A stretch of 64,000 bases of DNA from an uncultured delta proteobacterium (GTDB taxonomy: Bacteria; Myxococcota; UBA727; VGSZ01). The notes under the pieces are model-generated. The model was not told where the DNA came from and searched no databases. It worked only from the letters and a program-made list of their open reading frames with translations. Location: contig CAVZJB010000004.1 of assembly GCA_963775425.1 (NCBI GenBank), positions 480,001 through 544,000 on the forward strand. The letters are read 5' to 3'. Of this stretch, positions 9,057 to 19,286 are shown piece by piece (positions within the stretch are counted from its first letter, which is position 1; every line of letters begins with the position of its first letter). Made by a program: the position numbers and the translations under genes.

Positions 9057-12000
9057 TCACCGCAGCGCGACGCGTGGGCCTTCGCGCCGGCCCTGGGAGA
9101 GGCCCTCGGCGGCGTTCAGCAGAGGCGCGATGCGCTTGAGCTGACCGCGGGCGTCGAGCGCCGTGAAGAGGGTCTCGGCCTTGCGCGCGGCGCGCCAGGC
9201 GCGCTTGGGCTCGCGCGCGCGCAGGAGGAGCTGGCCGTAGCCGGCCATGAGGTCGCCGAGCTCGAAGTCGCGGTGGCCACGGCGACACAGGGCGACGGCG
9301 TAGAGGAACGCCTTGCGCGCCTTCTTGAGCTCGCCCTTGGCCGTGAACAACAGGCCCTGTGCGCGCAGCACGTGGGCCCGAGGCTCGTCGAGCCCGTCGG
9401 GCGGGAGCATGCGGGCGGTCTGTTTGATGAGGTCCTCGGCCTCCTGCTGCATGCCCTTGGCGAGGAGCGCCAGCGACGTGTCCGAGCGGGCGATGATCAC
9501 GCTGCCGTTGGCGCCTTGCTTCTCGAACGCGTCGACGGCCGCGCGCAGGTGATCGAGGGCGCGGTCGTAGTCGCCCTTGGCGTAGTAGGAGCGCCCGATG
9601 CTCTGAAGGCACTCGGCGCGGTCGGTGATGCGCGACAGTTCCGCCGCCACCGTGGCGGCGCGCTGGTACCTCGCGATGGCCTCCTTGTACGCGCCGGACA
9701 TGTAGAGCTGGTCACCGAGGGCCTTGGTGAGCTGCGCCTCCTCGACGCGGTGGCCCGACTTCTTGGCGAGGTCGAGCGCGGCGTTCAGGTTCTTGCGCGC
9801 CTCGAGGCGGTCGCGGTTGGCCGTCAGCGCCTCGGCGAGCCGGCGGCGGGCCGGGATCTCGTCGAGGAAGCGGCCCTCCTTCTGCGCCAGCGCCACGCGG
9901 CGCTTGGCGGCGTCGAGGGCCCGCTTGGGCTTGCCGGCCGCGAGGGCGGCTGCGCTGACGAGGTCGTCGAGGCGCAGCATGTCGTCGACGCCAGGCCTTG
10001 CCTTCCATAGTTCCATGGCCTTCGAAGCGTCCGAGAGGGCGCCCATGGGATCGCTTTGTTGCTTGAGGGCGCCGCGGGCGACGAACAGCCGCGCCACCGC
10101 CACGGGATGCTCCGACGGGTTCAAGAGCGTCAACGCGCGATCCACGGCGCGCAGCCCCGCCTCCGCCTGGCCCAACGCCAGCATGGCGCGGGAGAGCCAC
10201 ACGTGCATCTCGCCGAGCGCGTCGGGCGCGGCCCGCTCCACGTCCGGGCGCGTGACGGAGCCCTCGAGGAACGAGCGCGCCTCCGCCGTGTGGCCGGCGA
10301 GCAGCATGGCCTTGCCGATGACGAGGTCGGCGCGGGCGAGCGCCATGACGTCGCCACCGTTCTTCTGCAGGAGGCGCAGGGCGCGACGGCCGAGGGCGAT
10401 GGCGTCCTCGAAGCCGAACGTGCTCACGGCGTGCTCGGCCGCGATGAAGAACATCTGCACCGCCTTGAGCGTCTCCCCCGCGACCTCGTAGTGGTGGGCG
10501 AGCGTCTCGGCGACCGCGTCGACGTGGCCCTTGCTCCGCTCCTCGAGGACCACGGCGCAGGTCTTGTGCCACTTGTGCAGATCGCCCTTCTCCTCGAGCT
10601 TCTGCAACAGGGCGTCGCGGATGTTGGGGTGGCGGAAGACCACCCGGGGGCGCCCGTCCTCCTCGTCGACGACGCGGATCAGGCCGTTGCCCTCGGTGGT
10701 GGAGAGGGCCTGGCGCACCTGGGCGACGTCGAGGCCGGCGATGCCGGCGAGGAGCTTGGGCCCGCTCGGGCGGTTGAAGACCGCGAGCGCGCTCAGCGTC
10801 TTTCGCTCCACGTCGCTCAGGCGCTGCAGCCGCTCCTGCAGCACGCTGAGGAGCGGCGCCGAGGCGCCGAAGCTCTTGAGCTCGTCGAGCTTCCAGCCGC
10901 GCTCACCGCGCTTGAGGTCACCGCGATCGATCATGAGCGCGAGGAGCTCCTCCACCATCAGGGGGCTGCCGCGCGACTGCGACGTGAGCATGTCGGCGAG
11001 CCCCTCGGGCACGTCGCCGACGCCGAGGAGCGAGCAGGCGAGCTTCTTGACGTCATCGGGCGGCAGCGGCTCCAGCCGCACCCTGACGAGCTCGTTGCCG
11101 GCGGCGTCGAGGAGCTCGCGCGGCACCGGCGTCTCGTCTGCGGTGACCACGAGCAGGAGGCTGGCCTCCTTGGTGCGCCTGACGAGGTCCGCGAGCAGCG
11201 CGGCGCTGGCCGGGTCGCAAAACGGGATGTCTTCGACGATGAGCACGCAGACGTTGGGTCCGCCGAGGCCGAGGAACAGGTCCACGGCGGCGGTGTGGAA
11301 GCGGTCGCGCTCGAGCTTGCCCATCTCGAGGCTCGGCTGTGCACGCGCGCCGCCCACCTCGGGCAGCAGCCGCTCCACCACCTCCTTCTCGCTCTGCGTG
11401 AGCTGAGCGCGCCCCGCCAGCGGCGCCAACGCGCGCGCGAGGTCGGCGACCGGGCGATAGGCCCAACGCACGTCCTCCATGCACATGCCGATGGCGCTGC
11501 GCCCACCCTTGAGCTGCACCTCCGCCTTGAGCTCGTGCACGAAGCGGGACTTGCCGATGCCGTCGGGGCCGGTGACGACGACGAGGCGGGGCGATGTGGG
11601 CTTGCGCTCGCGCACGGCGTCCACGACGTCGGTGACGCGGGTGCGCTCCGCTTCGCGCCCGACCAGCCGCGCACGCCCGAGCGCCAGCGGCATGGCGACG
11701 TCGTGGTTGGGGATGAGGCGCGACAGCGCCGCCGCCACCTCCGCCGCCGACTGCGGCCTCGCGCTCGGCTCTTCCTCGAGGAGGTTGGCGATCAGGTGCG
11801 CGAGGTCCGCCTTCACCATGCCGGTGAGGTCCGGCGCCGGGGTCTTCCGCGCCTGCAAGAGCTCCTGCGGTGTGCCCCGGCCGTGCGGCAGCTTGCGCGT
11901 GAGCACCTGGAAGAGCGTGACGCCGACGGCGTAGAGATCGGCGGAGATGGAGTGGCCGTAGCCCCGCAGCACTTCGGAGGCGAGGTACGGCGGCGTGCCG

Positions 12001-12512
12001 GCCCAGCGCGCGCCGCGCTGCGGGGTGGGGTCGAGCTCGCGCCACAGGCCGAAGTCGAGCACGCGCACGCGCTCGCCGGGATCGGCGTGCTGCTGCACGA
12101 GGATGTTGGCGGGCTTGAGGTCTCTGTGGAGCACCCCGTGGCCGTGGATGAACTCGAGCGCGCGACAGATCTCGACGAAGAGCGCGACGACGTCGTCGAT
12201 CTTCTTGCCGGCGACGGTCTCGAGGAGCGGGCGGCCCACCACCAGCTCCTGCGTGAAGTACCAGGTGTTCTCCTCCGGCGCGGGGCCGAAGTCGTAGACG
12301 CTCACCAGGTTCGGGTGGTGCAGGCGCGACAACACCTCGAACTCGCGCCGAAAGAAATTCTCCCACCGCGGATCCTTCGCGTGGAGGAGCTTGAGCGCGA
12401 CGAACATGTTGTTGCGGCCGAGATCCTCACAGCGGAACACTTTGCCCGCCGCACCTTCGCCGAGGAGGTCGAGCAAACGATAGCGGCCATCGACGATGTC
12501 GCCGACTTGCAT
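9057..12512 (-). CDS. Ser/Thr protein kinase - STAND/AAA ATPase - TPR fusion
   Basis: LGEGAAGKV, VALK, HRDLKPAN, DFG; Walker A GPDGIGKS; Walker B LIVED; C-terminal TPR-like helices. Confidence 0.9.
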   Translation of the reverse strand: MQVGDIVDGRYRLLDLLGEGAAGKVFRCEDLGRNNMFVALKLLHAKDPRWENFFRREFEVLSRLHHPNLVSVYDFGPAPEENTWYFTQELVVGRPLLETVAGKKIDDVVALFVEICRALEFIHGHGVLHRDLKPANILVQQHADPGERVRVLDFGLWRELDPTPQRGARWAGTPPYLASEVLRGYGHSISADLYAVGVTLFQVLTRKLPHGRGTPQELLQARKTPAPDLTGMVKADLAHLIANLLEEEPSARPQSAAEVAAALSRLIPNHDVAMPLALGRARLVGREAERTRVTDVVDAVRERKPTSPRLVVVTGPDGIGKSRFVHELKAEVQLKGGRSAIGMCMEDVRWAYRPVADLARALAPLAGRAQLTQSEKEVVERLLPEVGGARAQPSLEMGKLERDRFHTAAVDLFLGLGGPNVCVLIVEDIPFCDPASAALLADLVRRTKEASLLLVVTADETPVPRELLDAAGNELVRVRLEPLPPDDVKKLACSLLGVGDVPEGLADMLTSQSRGSPLMVEELLALMIDRGDLKRGERGWKLDELKSFGASAPLLSVLQERLQRLSDVERKTLSALAVFNRPSGPKLLAGIAGLDVAQVRQALSTTEGNGLIRVVDEEDGRPRVVFRHPNIRDALLQKLEEKGDLHKWHKTCAVVLEERSKGHVDAVAETLAHHYEVAGETLKAVQMFFIAAEHAVSTFGFEDAIALGRRALRLLQKNGGDVMALARADLVIGKAMLLAGHTAEARSFLEGSVTRPDVERAAPDALGEMHVWLSRAMLALGQAEAGLRAVDRALTLLNPSEHPVAVARLFVARGALKQQSDPMGALSDASKAMELWKARPGVDDMLRLDDLVSAAALAAGKPKRALDAAKRRVALAQKEGRFLDEIPARRRLAEALTANRDRLEARKNLNAALDLAKKSGHRVEEAQLTKALGDQLYMSGAYKEAIARYQRAATVAAELSRITDRAECLQSIGRSYYAKGDYDRALDHLRAAVDAFEKQGANGSVIIARSDTSLALLAKGMQQEAEDLIKQTARMLPPDGLDEPRAHVLRAQGLLFTAKGELKKARKAFLYAVALCRRGHRDFELGDLMAGYGQLLLRAREPKRAWRAARKAETLFTALDARGQLKRIAPLLNAAEGLSQGRREGPRVALR

Positions 12513-12576
12513 CCCGGGCGAGCCTAGCAGGAACCCACCGCGCGCATCGCCCCGGCCGCGGCATGCTCGTCGAGGA

Positions 12577-13833
12577 TCAGCGCCCGGTGAACACGAGCAC
12601 GGCGGCGAGGCCGGCGAGCAGGGCGCCGAGCGCGACGGCGGCGGCCAGGGCCTGCCACCGCCGCCCTGGCAGCCGCACCATGCCGAGGATCGACACGACG
12701 ATGAACGCGAGGCTCGCCAGCACGCCGTAGGCGGTCAGCCACGCGCGCGCGAGCGGCGGCGGCGCGACCACGGTGGTCACGAGCTTGGGGGCCCGACGCT
12801 TGGCGGGCCAAAGACGTTGCAGGAGCGCGCGGGAGGCGGTGACGTCGCCCGGGTGCTTCTTGAGCCACGACAGCAGCGGGTCGCCTGCGGGGGCGCCCGC
12901 GGCGCGCATCTGCGTCTCGATGAACGACAACAGCGGCTTGTCCTCGTGCACGCGCAGCACCGCGAAGCGGCCGAGCTCGTCGGGCCAGGTGCCGCCGGCA
13001 TGGACCACGAGCAGCGTGCCCGGGGCGGCCCGGCCGAGGCGCAGCTTCACGGTGGCGCGCCCGTCGACCTCGACGTTCTGCGCGTCGACGACGACGCCGG
13101 CGGCGAGGAGATCGAGGCCCACCGCCCGCTTCTCGTCGGAGATCACGGTGACGTCGACGGTGCCGCCGCTGTCGACCTCGAGCGGCGCCTGAAGCCGGAG
13201 CCCGGACCGGTCCACGCGCAGCACGCGGCCACCGTCCACCTCCGCGCCCTGGATCTGCGGCGCCACCTCGACGACGGTGGGCTCCGAGGTCTCCTTGTCG
13301 AGCACCAGGAGCTTGCTCGGCAGGCGGCCGCTCACCTGACCGTCGACCGGATACAGCGGCCTGCCCCCGCGCCGGCCCATGAGCATGTCGCCTTCCCACG
13401 GCTGATAGATCAGCTTCTCCGTGAGGTGCGCGCGGCTCTCCTCGATGGCGCCGCGCACCACGGCGTGCACGGTCTTGTCGACGACGACGTCCGCCTCGAG
13501 CGCGCCGGGACCTGCGCCGTCGAGCCGCGCGGTGCCGTCGACGATGTCGGCGCTCACGGCCTCTCCTTGCGCCGGCGTCAGCGTCACGCGACCGGTGATG
13601 GTGCTGTGCTTGTCCGCGCCCGGCATGGCCGCGGACAAGCGCAGGGCCACCGGCGCGCCTGGGGCGAGCAGCGGCTCCCCCTGCACCACCACGCTCGGCG
13701 CCGGCGGCGGCTTCGACGACAACAGGCCGCCCGCGAACGCGCCGAGCGCGAGCACGATCAGAGTGAGCGCGGCGCCCTCCCACAAGCGCGGCCGCCCTCG
13801 CGCGGCCGCCGGTCCCGCCGGCGCGCCGCTCAT
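12577..13833 (-). CDS. Hypothetical membrane protein
   Basis: One N-terminal and two C-terminal hydrophobic segments around a beta-rich region; ATGA overlap with the rhomboid gene. Confidence 0.7.
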   Translation of the reverse strand: MSGAPAGPAAARGRPRLWEGAALTLIVLALGAFAGGLLSSKPPPAPSVVVQGEPLLAPGAPVALRLSAAMPGADKHSTITGRVTLTPAQGEAVSADIVDGTARLDGAGPGALEADVVVDKTVHAVVRGAIEESRAHLTEKLIYQPWEGDMLMGRRGGRPLYPVDGQVSGRLPSKLLVLDKETSEPTVVEVAPQIQGAEVDGGRVLRVDRSGLRLQAPLEVDSGGTVDVTVISDEKRAVGLDLLAAGVVVDAQNVEVDGRATVKLRLGRAAPGTLLVVHAGGTWPDELGRFAVLRVHEDKPLLSFIETQMRAAGAPAGDPLLSWLKKHPGDVTASRALLQRLWPAKRRAPKLVTTVVAPPPLARAWLTAYGVLASLAFIVVSILGMVRLPGRRWQALAAAVALGALLAGLAAVLVFTGR

Positions 13834-15737
13834 GGGGCGCCCTTTCCGTCGTCATGGCCGCCGTCGTCATGGCCGCCGCCGTCACCGTCGCCGCGGTCGC
13901 CGCCGTCGCCGGCGCCGCCGTCGCCACCGGGGGCGGAGCGGGACGCGTCGATGTGCTCCTTGCGCTCGAGCAGCGACGTGTCTCCGGGGAACTGGGTGAT
14001 GGCGGCCGCGCAAGCGAGCTGAGCGCGCGGGAGGTCGCCGCGCGCGATGAGGACGTCGACGAGGAGGAGCGCGACGTCCGGGTCGTCGTTGACGGCGACG
14101 CGCGCCCGCTCGGCTTGCGCGAGCGCAACGTCGAGGTCACCGCCCTGGTCGAGCTCGAAGCGCGCGCGCCCGACGCGGACGCGCCCCTCGAACCCGCCGC
14201 CGGTGCCGACGAGCTTCTCGGCGGCGTCGAACGCGCTTCGCGCGCCGGGGACGTCGCCGGCGGCCTCGTCGGCGAGGGCGAGGTCGAGCTGCGCGCGCAC
14301 GAGCTCGGGGTGATTGAGCACGGCGTTGTTGGCGTCGCGCTGGGCCTTGGTGTCGACGAGCTGCATACGCGACTTCACCTCGTGGAGGATCTCGGCCGAG
14401 CGCGGGGAGGCGCTCTTTCTGCGAGCCAGCACGAAGGCGCACTCCATCTCACCCCGGACGAACACGTACGCCTCCGCACTGAAGGGGCCGTCGCTGGCAA
14501 GGAACGAAAACGGCACGCGGCGCGCCTCCACCACCGGCGGCCGCGCGGAGCCGTCGGCGGCGAAGCCTACGCTGTCGTGGACGGGCGCGCCCACCTGCAG
14601 CGATCCGATGTGGCCGCCGCGCTCGAGTTGCTTCAGCTCCTGGTCCACGAACCTGCCGGTGGCGACGTCGAGCTCCGCGCGCGGCGTGCCCTGGAGCGGC
14701 CCCGTGCGCGCGCAGGCGATGGAGGCGAGCGCGTCGACACCGTTGCCGAACGCGAGGAAGCCGAGGGGGTCCGGGCCCTTGGTCCACGTGGTGGGGCGCT
14801 CGAGGACGATGCCGAACGCGTCGAGGTGATACGGGTGCCAGCGGAAGGCCACGCGCGGCACCAACGGCCCGAGCGCCACCACGAGCACGAGCAGCACCGA
14901 CGCCACGATGTACGGACGCGCCACCACCGCCGGCGGCTCCCGCGCGACGCGCAGCCGCATCAAGCGCGGCTCGAGGAGCGCGCCCATGACGAGCCCGGAG
15001 ACGAGGCCGCCCGCGTGCCCCCAGTTGTCCGTCGTGGGCCGCTGGAGCCCCAGGTAGAACATCACGGCGGCGTAGCCGACGACGACGACGCCGAAGTAGA
15101 GGCGGTAGCGCACGGGCAGCACCTCGGAGAAGCGCAGGCCGAAGACCACCGCGCAGCCGAGGCACGCGAAGATGATGCCGGAGGCGCCGACGGTGACGGG
15201 GCCGCTCATCAGCGTCGACAGCCCCATGGTCGCGATGCCGCCGGTGACGAGCAGCAGCAGGTAGTCGCCGCGGCGATACACGCCCTCGAGCACGGTGCCG
15301 ATGTTCAACAGCGCGAACAGGTTGAAGCCGAGGTGCGTGCCGTCCCTGTGCAGCAGGTTCGCCGTCAGGAGGCGCCAGAGCTGCCCCTCGTCGATGATGC
15401 GGGCGCGCGCCTTGGCGCCGAGCGCGATGAGCCCCTCCCGCGTGGCCACGCCGTCGCCCATGTGCCGCGCGACGAGGAACAGCGCGACGCACACGAGCGC
15501 GAAGAGGCCCGTGACGAGGGGGTAGCGCCCGAGGTGGAAGTGGCGCTGGAACAGCATGCGCCGCGGGTCGTAGATGGCGGTGAACAGCGACAGCTCGCGT
15601 GCCTGCACGAAGCGCTCGCCGGTCATGGCGGGGAGGCAGACCTCGGCGAAGGGCGAGATCTCGCCTCGCCTCGCGCGGTTCTCGAAGTCGTCGATCGTGA
15701 GGATCGACTCGTTTTCTCCCTCGCGGAGCCGGATCAC
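13830..15737 (-). CDS. Rhomboid intramembrane serine protease with C-terminal soluble/TPR-like region
   Basis: WRLLTANLLH...HLGFN, GASG (Ser), WGHAGG (His); long helical C-terminal extension. Confidence 0.9.
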   Translation of the reverse strand: MIRLREGENESILTIDDFENRARRGEISPFAEVCLPAMTGERFVQARELSLFTAIYDPRRMLFQRHFHLGRYPLVTGLFALVCVALFLVARHMGDGVATREGLIALGAKARARIIDEGQLWRLLTANLLHRDGTHLGFNLFALLNIGTVLEGVYRRGDYLLLLVTGGIATMGLSTLMSGPVTVGASGIIFACLGCAVVFGLRFSEVLPVRYRLYFGVVVVGYAAVMFYLGLQRPTTDNWGHAGGLVSGLVMGALLEPRLMRLRVAREPPAVVARPYIVASVLLVLVVALGPLVPRVAFRWHPYHLDAFGIVLERPTTWTKGPDPLGFLAFGNGVDALASIACARTGPLQGTPRAELDVATGRFVDQELKQLERGGHIGSLQVGAPVHDSVGFAADGSARPPVVEARRVPFSFLASDGPFSAEAYVFVRGEMECAFVLARRKSASPRSAEILHEVKSRMQLVDTKAQRDANNAVLNHPELVRAQLDLALADEAAGDVPGARSAFDAAEKLVGTGGGFEGRVRVGRARFELDQGGDLDVALAQAERARVAVNDDPDVALLLVDVLIARGDLPRAQLACAAAITQFPGDTSLLERKEHIDASRSAPGGDGGAGDGGDRGDGDGGGHDDGGHDDGKGAP

Positions 15738-15814
15738 CGGTCGAAGCTAGCACCCCGCGTCGTCGGGCGCGGGCTCGCGGCGCGCGTCGAAAAGCCCCCG
15801 CTCGTCCGCGGCGA

Positions 15815-18103
15815 CTAAGCGATGACGTGGAGGATGCGCGCCGCCGCGCGTGCGGGCTCGCTGGTGCCCGCCTGCGACAGCGGGATGCGGTCCTCGAAGA
15901 GCGCGAGCATCTCGATGAGCGCCGGGTCGTCGAGGCGATCGATGAGCTCGCGCGCGCGGCCGAAGAGCTCGGCGGCCACCGACGGGACGCCGCGCTTCTT
16001 GGCGAGCGCCGCGAGGCGCGCGAGCGTCACCGCTTCACCGCGCGGGTCGCCGACCTGCCGGTGCAGCGCGCGCGCGCGCTCCCACAGCGTCCGCGCCTCG
16101 TCGACCTCGCCGCACGCGACGTCGAGGTCGCCGAGCGACGTGAGCGCGATGGCCTCGAAGCGGCGGTTGTGCAGCTCCTTGTGGATGGCGAGGCCGCGCT
16201 TGATGTGGGAGCGCGCGTCTTCGAGCTGGCCGAGCTCGAGGAGGCAGTGGCCGAGCTGCGCCTCGTTGATCCCCTCCCAGCGGCGATCGCCGACGTCGCG
16301 TTGCACGAGGAGGGCCTCCTGGAAGCGGCGCACGGCCGCGGGCAGGTCGCCCTTGCGCGAGTCGAGCAGCCCGCAATAGCCGAGCGCGCGCCCGTAGACC
16401 TTGCGCTCACCGACCTCGTCGAGGAGCCGCAGCGCGCCCTTGTATTCGACGTCGGCGAGGTCGAGCCTGCCGATGTGCAGGTGGTGCGTGCCGATGTTGG
16501 CGAGCGCGCGGGCCTCGAGGAGCTTGTCCTTGGCGCGGCGCGCGCAGCTCAGCGCGGACTCGAGATCGGCGAGGCTGCCGCTCAGCTCGTGGCGCGCCCG
16601 TCGCGCGCGCCCGCGAGCCTCGTACGCGCGCGCGCGCAACGCGTAACCGACGCCGACGATATCGGCGGGCTCGAGGGCGCGATCGAGCAGATCGAGGAAC
16701 AGCTCGTGCGGCCCGCGTGTGGTGAGCACGGGCTCGAGCGCGAGCGCGCCGCGCAGGGCGGTGGTGATGGACGCGAGGTTCTGCGGGTCGGACGCGAGGG
16801 CGCGGCGAACGGCGGCGACGAGGTTGTCGGTCTCGAGCTCGAGCTTGCGACGAAGCGTGAGGCCGCCGTGGCCGTCGACGCCCTCCGCCCACTTGCTGCA
16901 CACCGAGAGGTAGTGCGCGGCGTGCCGGTTGGCGAGCGCCTCGCGGGCGACGTCGTGGCCGAGGCGCGCGTCGATGAGCTCGCGCACCACCGACGGCATA
17001 TCGAGCCGCTTCTCGTCCTCCGGCACGTCGTCACCGCGAAAGCGCGCGGGCAGGTCCTGCACGCGCAACAACGCCTTTTCGAGCAGCGACTCGAGCGCCG
17101 CGTCCACGGACGGCGCCTCGGAAAACGGGGACAGGTCGACGACGGCGACGGCGGCGGCGGCGTCGAAGCCGCCACGAAACACGGCCGCCTGCGCCAGCGC
17201 GCTCTGCTCCCACGGCGGCAGCAGATCGAGCGACCACGCCACCGCGCCCGCGAGCGCCGCGCGCTGCGACGCCGACCCGTTGCCGCCGACCAGGAGGCCC
17301 ACCCGGCGCGGCAGGCGCTCGAGCAGCTCGGACGCCGACAGAGCCCGCAGGCGCGCCGCGGCGATCTCGATGGCGAGCGGTACGCCGTCGAGCTGGCGCA
17401 CGATCTGCGCGATGGCGTGCAGCTCCGCGGGCGTGGGCAAGAACCCGCGCTTGGCCTCCGCGGCGCGCTCGACGAAGAGCGCCACCGCCTCCGCCGCGGC
17501 GATGGAGCGCGCGTCCTGCTGGGAGTGCTTGGCGAGCTTCAGCGGCCCGACCTTGACCACCCGCTCGTCGAAGTCGCCGCCGTCCTGGCTGCGGATCGGG
17601 GCGGGGGGCAACGACCGCGACACGTCGGCCACGACGGGGAACAGCGGCTCGCGGGCGGTGACGAGGACGCGCAGCTCCGGCGCCGCGGCGAGCACGGCGC
17701 TGAGCGAGGCGGCGAGGGCGGCGCCGGCGCCGTCGATGACGGCGAGCGTGGGGCCGGCCTCGTTGAAGGCGCCGGCGGCACGAGCGAGCTCGTTGGCCTC
17801 GCCGGCGCCGGGCTCTGGCAGGAGGCCGAGCACGAGGAGCAGCTCGCGCACGAGGCCGGCTCCGCTCGTGATCTCGACGGCGTCGACGAACCACACGCCG
17901 CCGCGCGACCCGAAGCGCGGCAGCTCCATGGCGGCGGCGCGCAGCGCCAGGCGTGTCTTGCCGATGCCCTCGGGCCCGACGAGCGACACGAGGCGCGCGC
18001 CGCCGTCCACCTGGCGCGCGATCTCATCGAGGAGCTTCAGCCGCCCGACGAACGAGCCACGCTCGACGGGGAGGTTGGTCCTGGGCGCGGCGCGGCGCGG
18101 CAC
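15815..18103 (-). CDS. STAND-type predicted ATPase with TPR repeats
   Basis: NLPVERGSFVGR, Walker A GPEGIGKTRLA, LVTAREPL, LDGVPLAIEIAAAR, C-terminal TPRs. Confidence 0.88.
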   Translation of the reverse strand: MPRRAAPRTNLPVERGSFVGRLKLLDEIARQVDGGARLVSLVGPEGIGKTRLALRAAAMELPRFGSRGGVWFVDAVEITSGAGLVRELLLVLGLLPEPGAGEANELARAAGAFNEAGPTLAVIDGAGAALAASLSAVLAAAPELRVLVTAREPLFPVVADVSRSLPPAPIRSQDGGDFDERVVKVGPLKLAKHSQQDARSIAAAEAVALFVERAAEAKRGFLPTPAELHAIAQIVRQLDGVPLAIEIAAARLRALSASELLERLPRRVGLLVGGNGSASQRAALAGAVAWSLDLLPPWEQSALAQAAVFRGGFDAAAAVAVVDLSPFSEAPSVDAALESLLEKALLRVQDLPARFRGDDVPEDEKRLDMPSVVRELIDARLGHDVAREALANRHAAHYLSVCSKWAEGVDGHGGLTLRRKLELETDNLVAAVRRALASDPQNLASITTALRGALALEPVLTTRGPHELFLDLLDRALEPADIVGVGYALRARAYEARGRARRARHELSGSLADLESALSCARRAKDKLLEARALANIGTHHLHIGRLDLADVEYKGALRLLDEVGERKVYGRALGYCGLLDSRKGDLPAAVRRFQEALLVQRDVGDRRWEGINEAQLGHCLLELGQLEDARSHIKRGLAIHKELHNRRFEAIALTSLGDLDVACGEVDEARTLWERARALHRQVGDPRGEAVTLARLAALAKKRGVPSVAAELFGRARELIDRLDDPALIEMLALFEDRIPLSQAGTSEPARAAARILHVIA

Positions 18104-18112
18104 ATCCCCACG

Positions 18113-18514
18113 TTAGCTACGTCGGCGCGGAACGGAAATGCCGCGCGGGGCAGGAAAGCGATGCCGGACGGCCTCGAAGTCCACGACGCGGCCGCCGTCG
18201 TCGAAGCGGATGCCCTCCCGCTCGAGGAGGAAACGCTGGCGGTCCGCCCGGGCGAGATCGCCCTTGAAGGAGATGCGTCCCTGGGCGTTGATGACCCTCT
18301 GCCAGGGGACGCTGTCGTCGTCGAGCGCGGCGAGCGCGAAGCCCACCTGGCGTGCCACCCGGCGCGAGCCGAGGGCGCCTGCGACGTCGCCGTACGTCGT
18401 CACTTTGCCCTTGGGGACCTTCTTGACGGCCGTGTACACGCGCTTGCGGAAGCCGGGCGCGACCACCCGCGGCTCGCCGGTGACCGTCGTCTTCGTCGCC
18501 TTCTCCTTGGCCAT
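18113..18514 (-). CDS. Alkyltransferase-like (ATL, MGMT family) protein
   Basis: VPKGKVTTYGDVA, ARQVG, VPWQRVIN (Trp replaces the catalytic Cys of PCHR). Confidence 0.9.
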   Translation of the reverse strand: MAKEKATKTTVTGEPRVVAPGFRKRVYTAVKKVPKGKVTTYGDVAGALGSRRVARQVGFALAALDDDSVPWQRVINAQGRISFKGDLARADRQRFLLEREGIRFDDGGRVVDFEAVRHRFPAPRGISVPRRRS

Positions 18515-18604
18515 CGCCCGCACGCTACCTCCTCCGCGCGGGCCGGCCGCAACCACGGGCGGCCGATTGACGCACGCCGGGGCGGTCGGCGACAGTCAGC
18601 GCAG

Positions 18605-19276
18605 GTGGAGCACGCGACCAAGACCCGGCGACGCGGTCGGCGGACGCAGGAGGAGCGCACAGCGACGATGCGCGCCCGCCTGCTGCAGGCCACCGCCGAT
18701 TGCCTCGTGGAGCTCGGCTACGCCGGCACCACCACCACCGCCGTCGTCGAGAAGGCGGGCGTCTCCCGCGGCGCGATCCTCCACCACTTCCCCACCAAGG
18801 CCGACCTCGTCGCCACCGCCGTGGAGTACGTCCTCGAGCAGCGCCTCAAGGAGTTCCACGCGCGCTTCGTCAGCCTGCCCAAGGACGAGGGCCTCTTCGA
18901 CTCCGTCATCGCCGCGCTCTGGGGGGAGATCGACGGCCCGACGTACTACGCATGGCTCGAGCTCATCGTGGCCTCGCGCACCGATCCGGAGCTGAAGAAG
19001 AAGGTGACCGTGATCGCCAACCACTGGGTCGAGAACGTCGACGCCACCTTCCGCTCCATCTTCGCCCTGCCCCGGACGCCGGACAAACACCCGCTCGCGC
19101 TCGCCCCCATCGTCACGTTCACCATCATGGAAGGCCTGGTGATCGAGAAGCTCGCCCGCAGCGACGACCCGACGCTCGAGAAGCGCGTCCTGCGCGCGCT
19201 CAAGACCATCGCGCCGTTGGCGACGCTGACGTACCTGCCCACCATGCCCGGCAGCGACGACGATCGCTCGGCCTGA
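18605..19276 (+). CDS. TetR family transcriptional regulator
   Basis: RRTQEERTATMRARLLQATADCLVELGYAGTTTTAVVEKAGVSRGAILHHFPTK. Start approximate. Confidence 0.9.
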   Translation: MEHATKTRRRGRRTQEERTATMRARLLQATADCLVELGYAGTTTTAVVEKAGVSRGAILHHFPTKADLVATAVEYVLEQRLKEFHARFVSLPKDEGLFDSVIAALWGEIDGPTYYAWLELIVASRTDPELKKKVTVIANHWVENVDATFRSIFALPRTPDKHPLALAPIVTFTIMEGLVIEKLARSDDPTLEKRVLRALKTIAPLATLTYLPTMPGSDDDRSA

Positions 19277-19286
19277 GCCAACGCGT

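Noticed and set aside
15827-19276. 1149-aa plus-strand ORF
   Set aside because: Mostly an antisense shadow of the ATPase-TPR and ATL genes; only the last ~223 codons encode the TetR.
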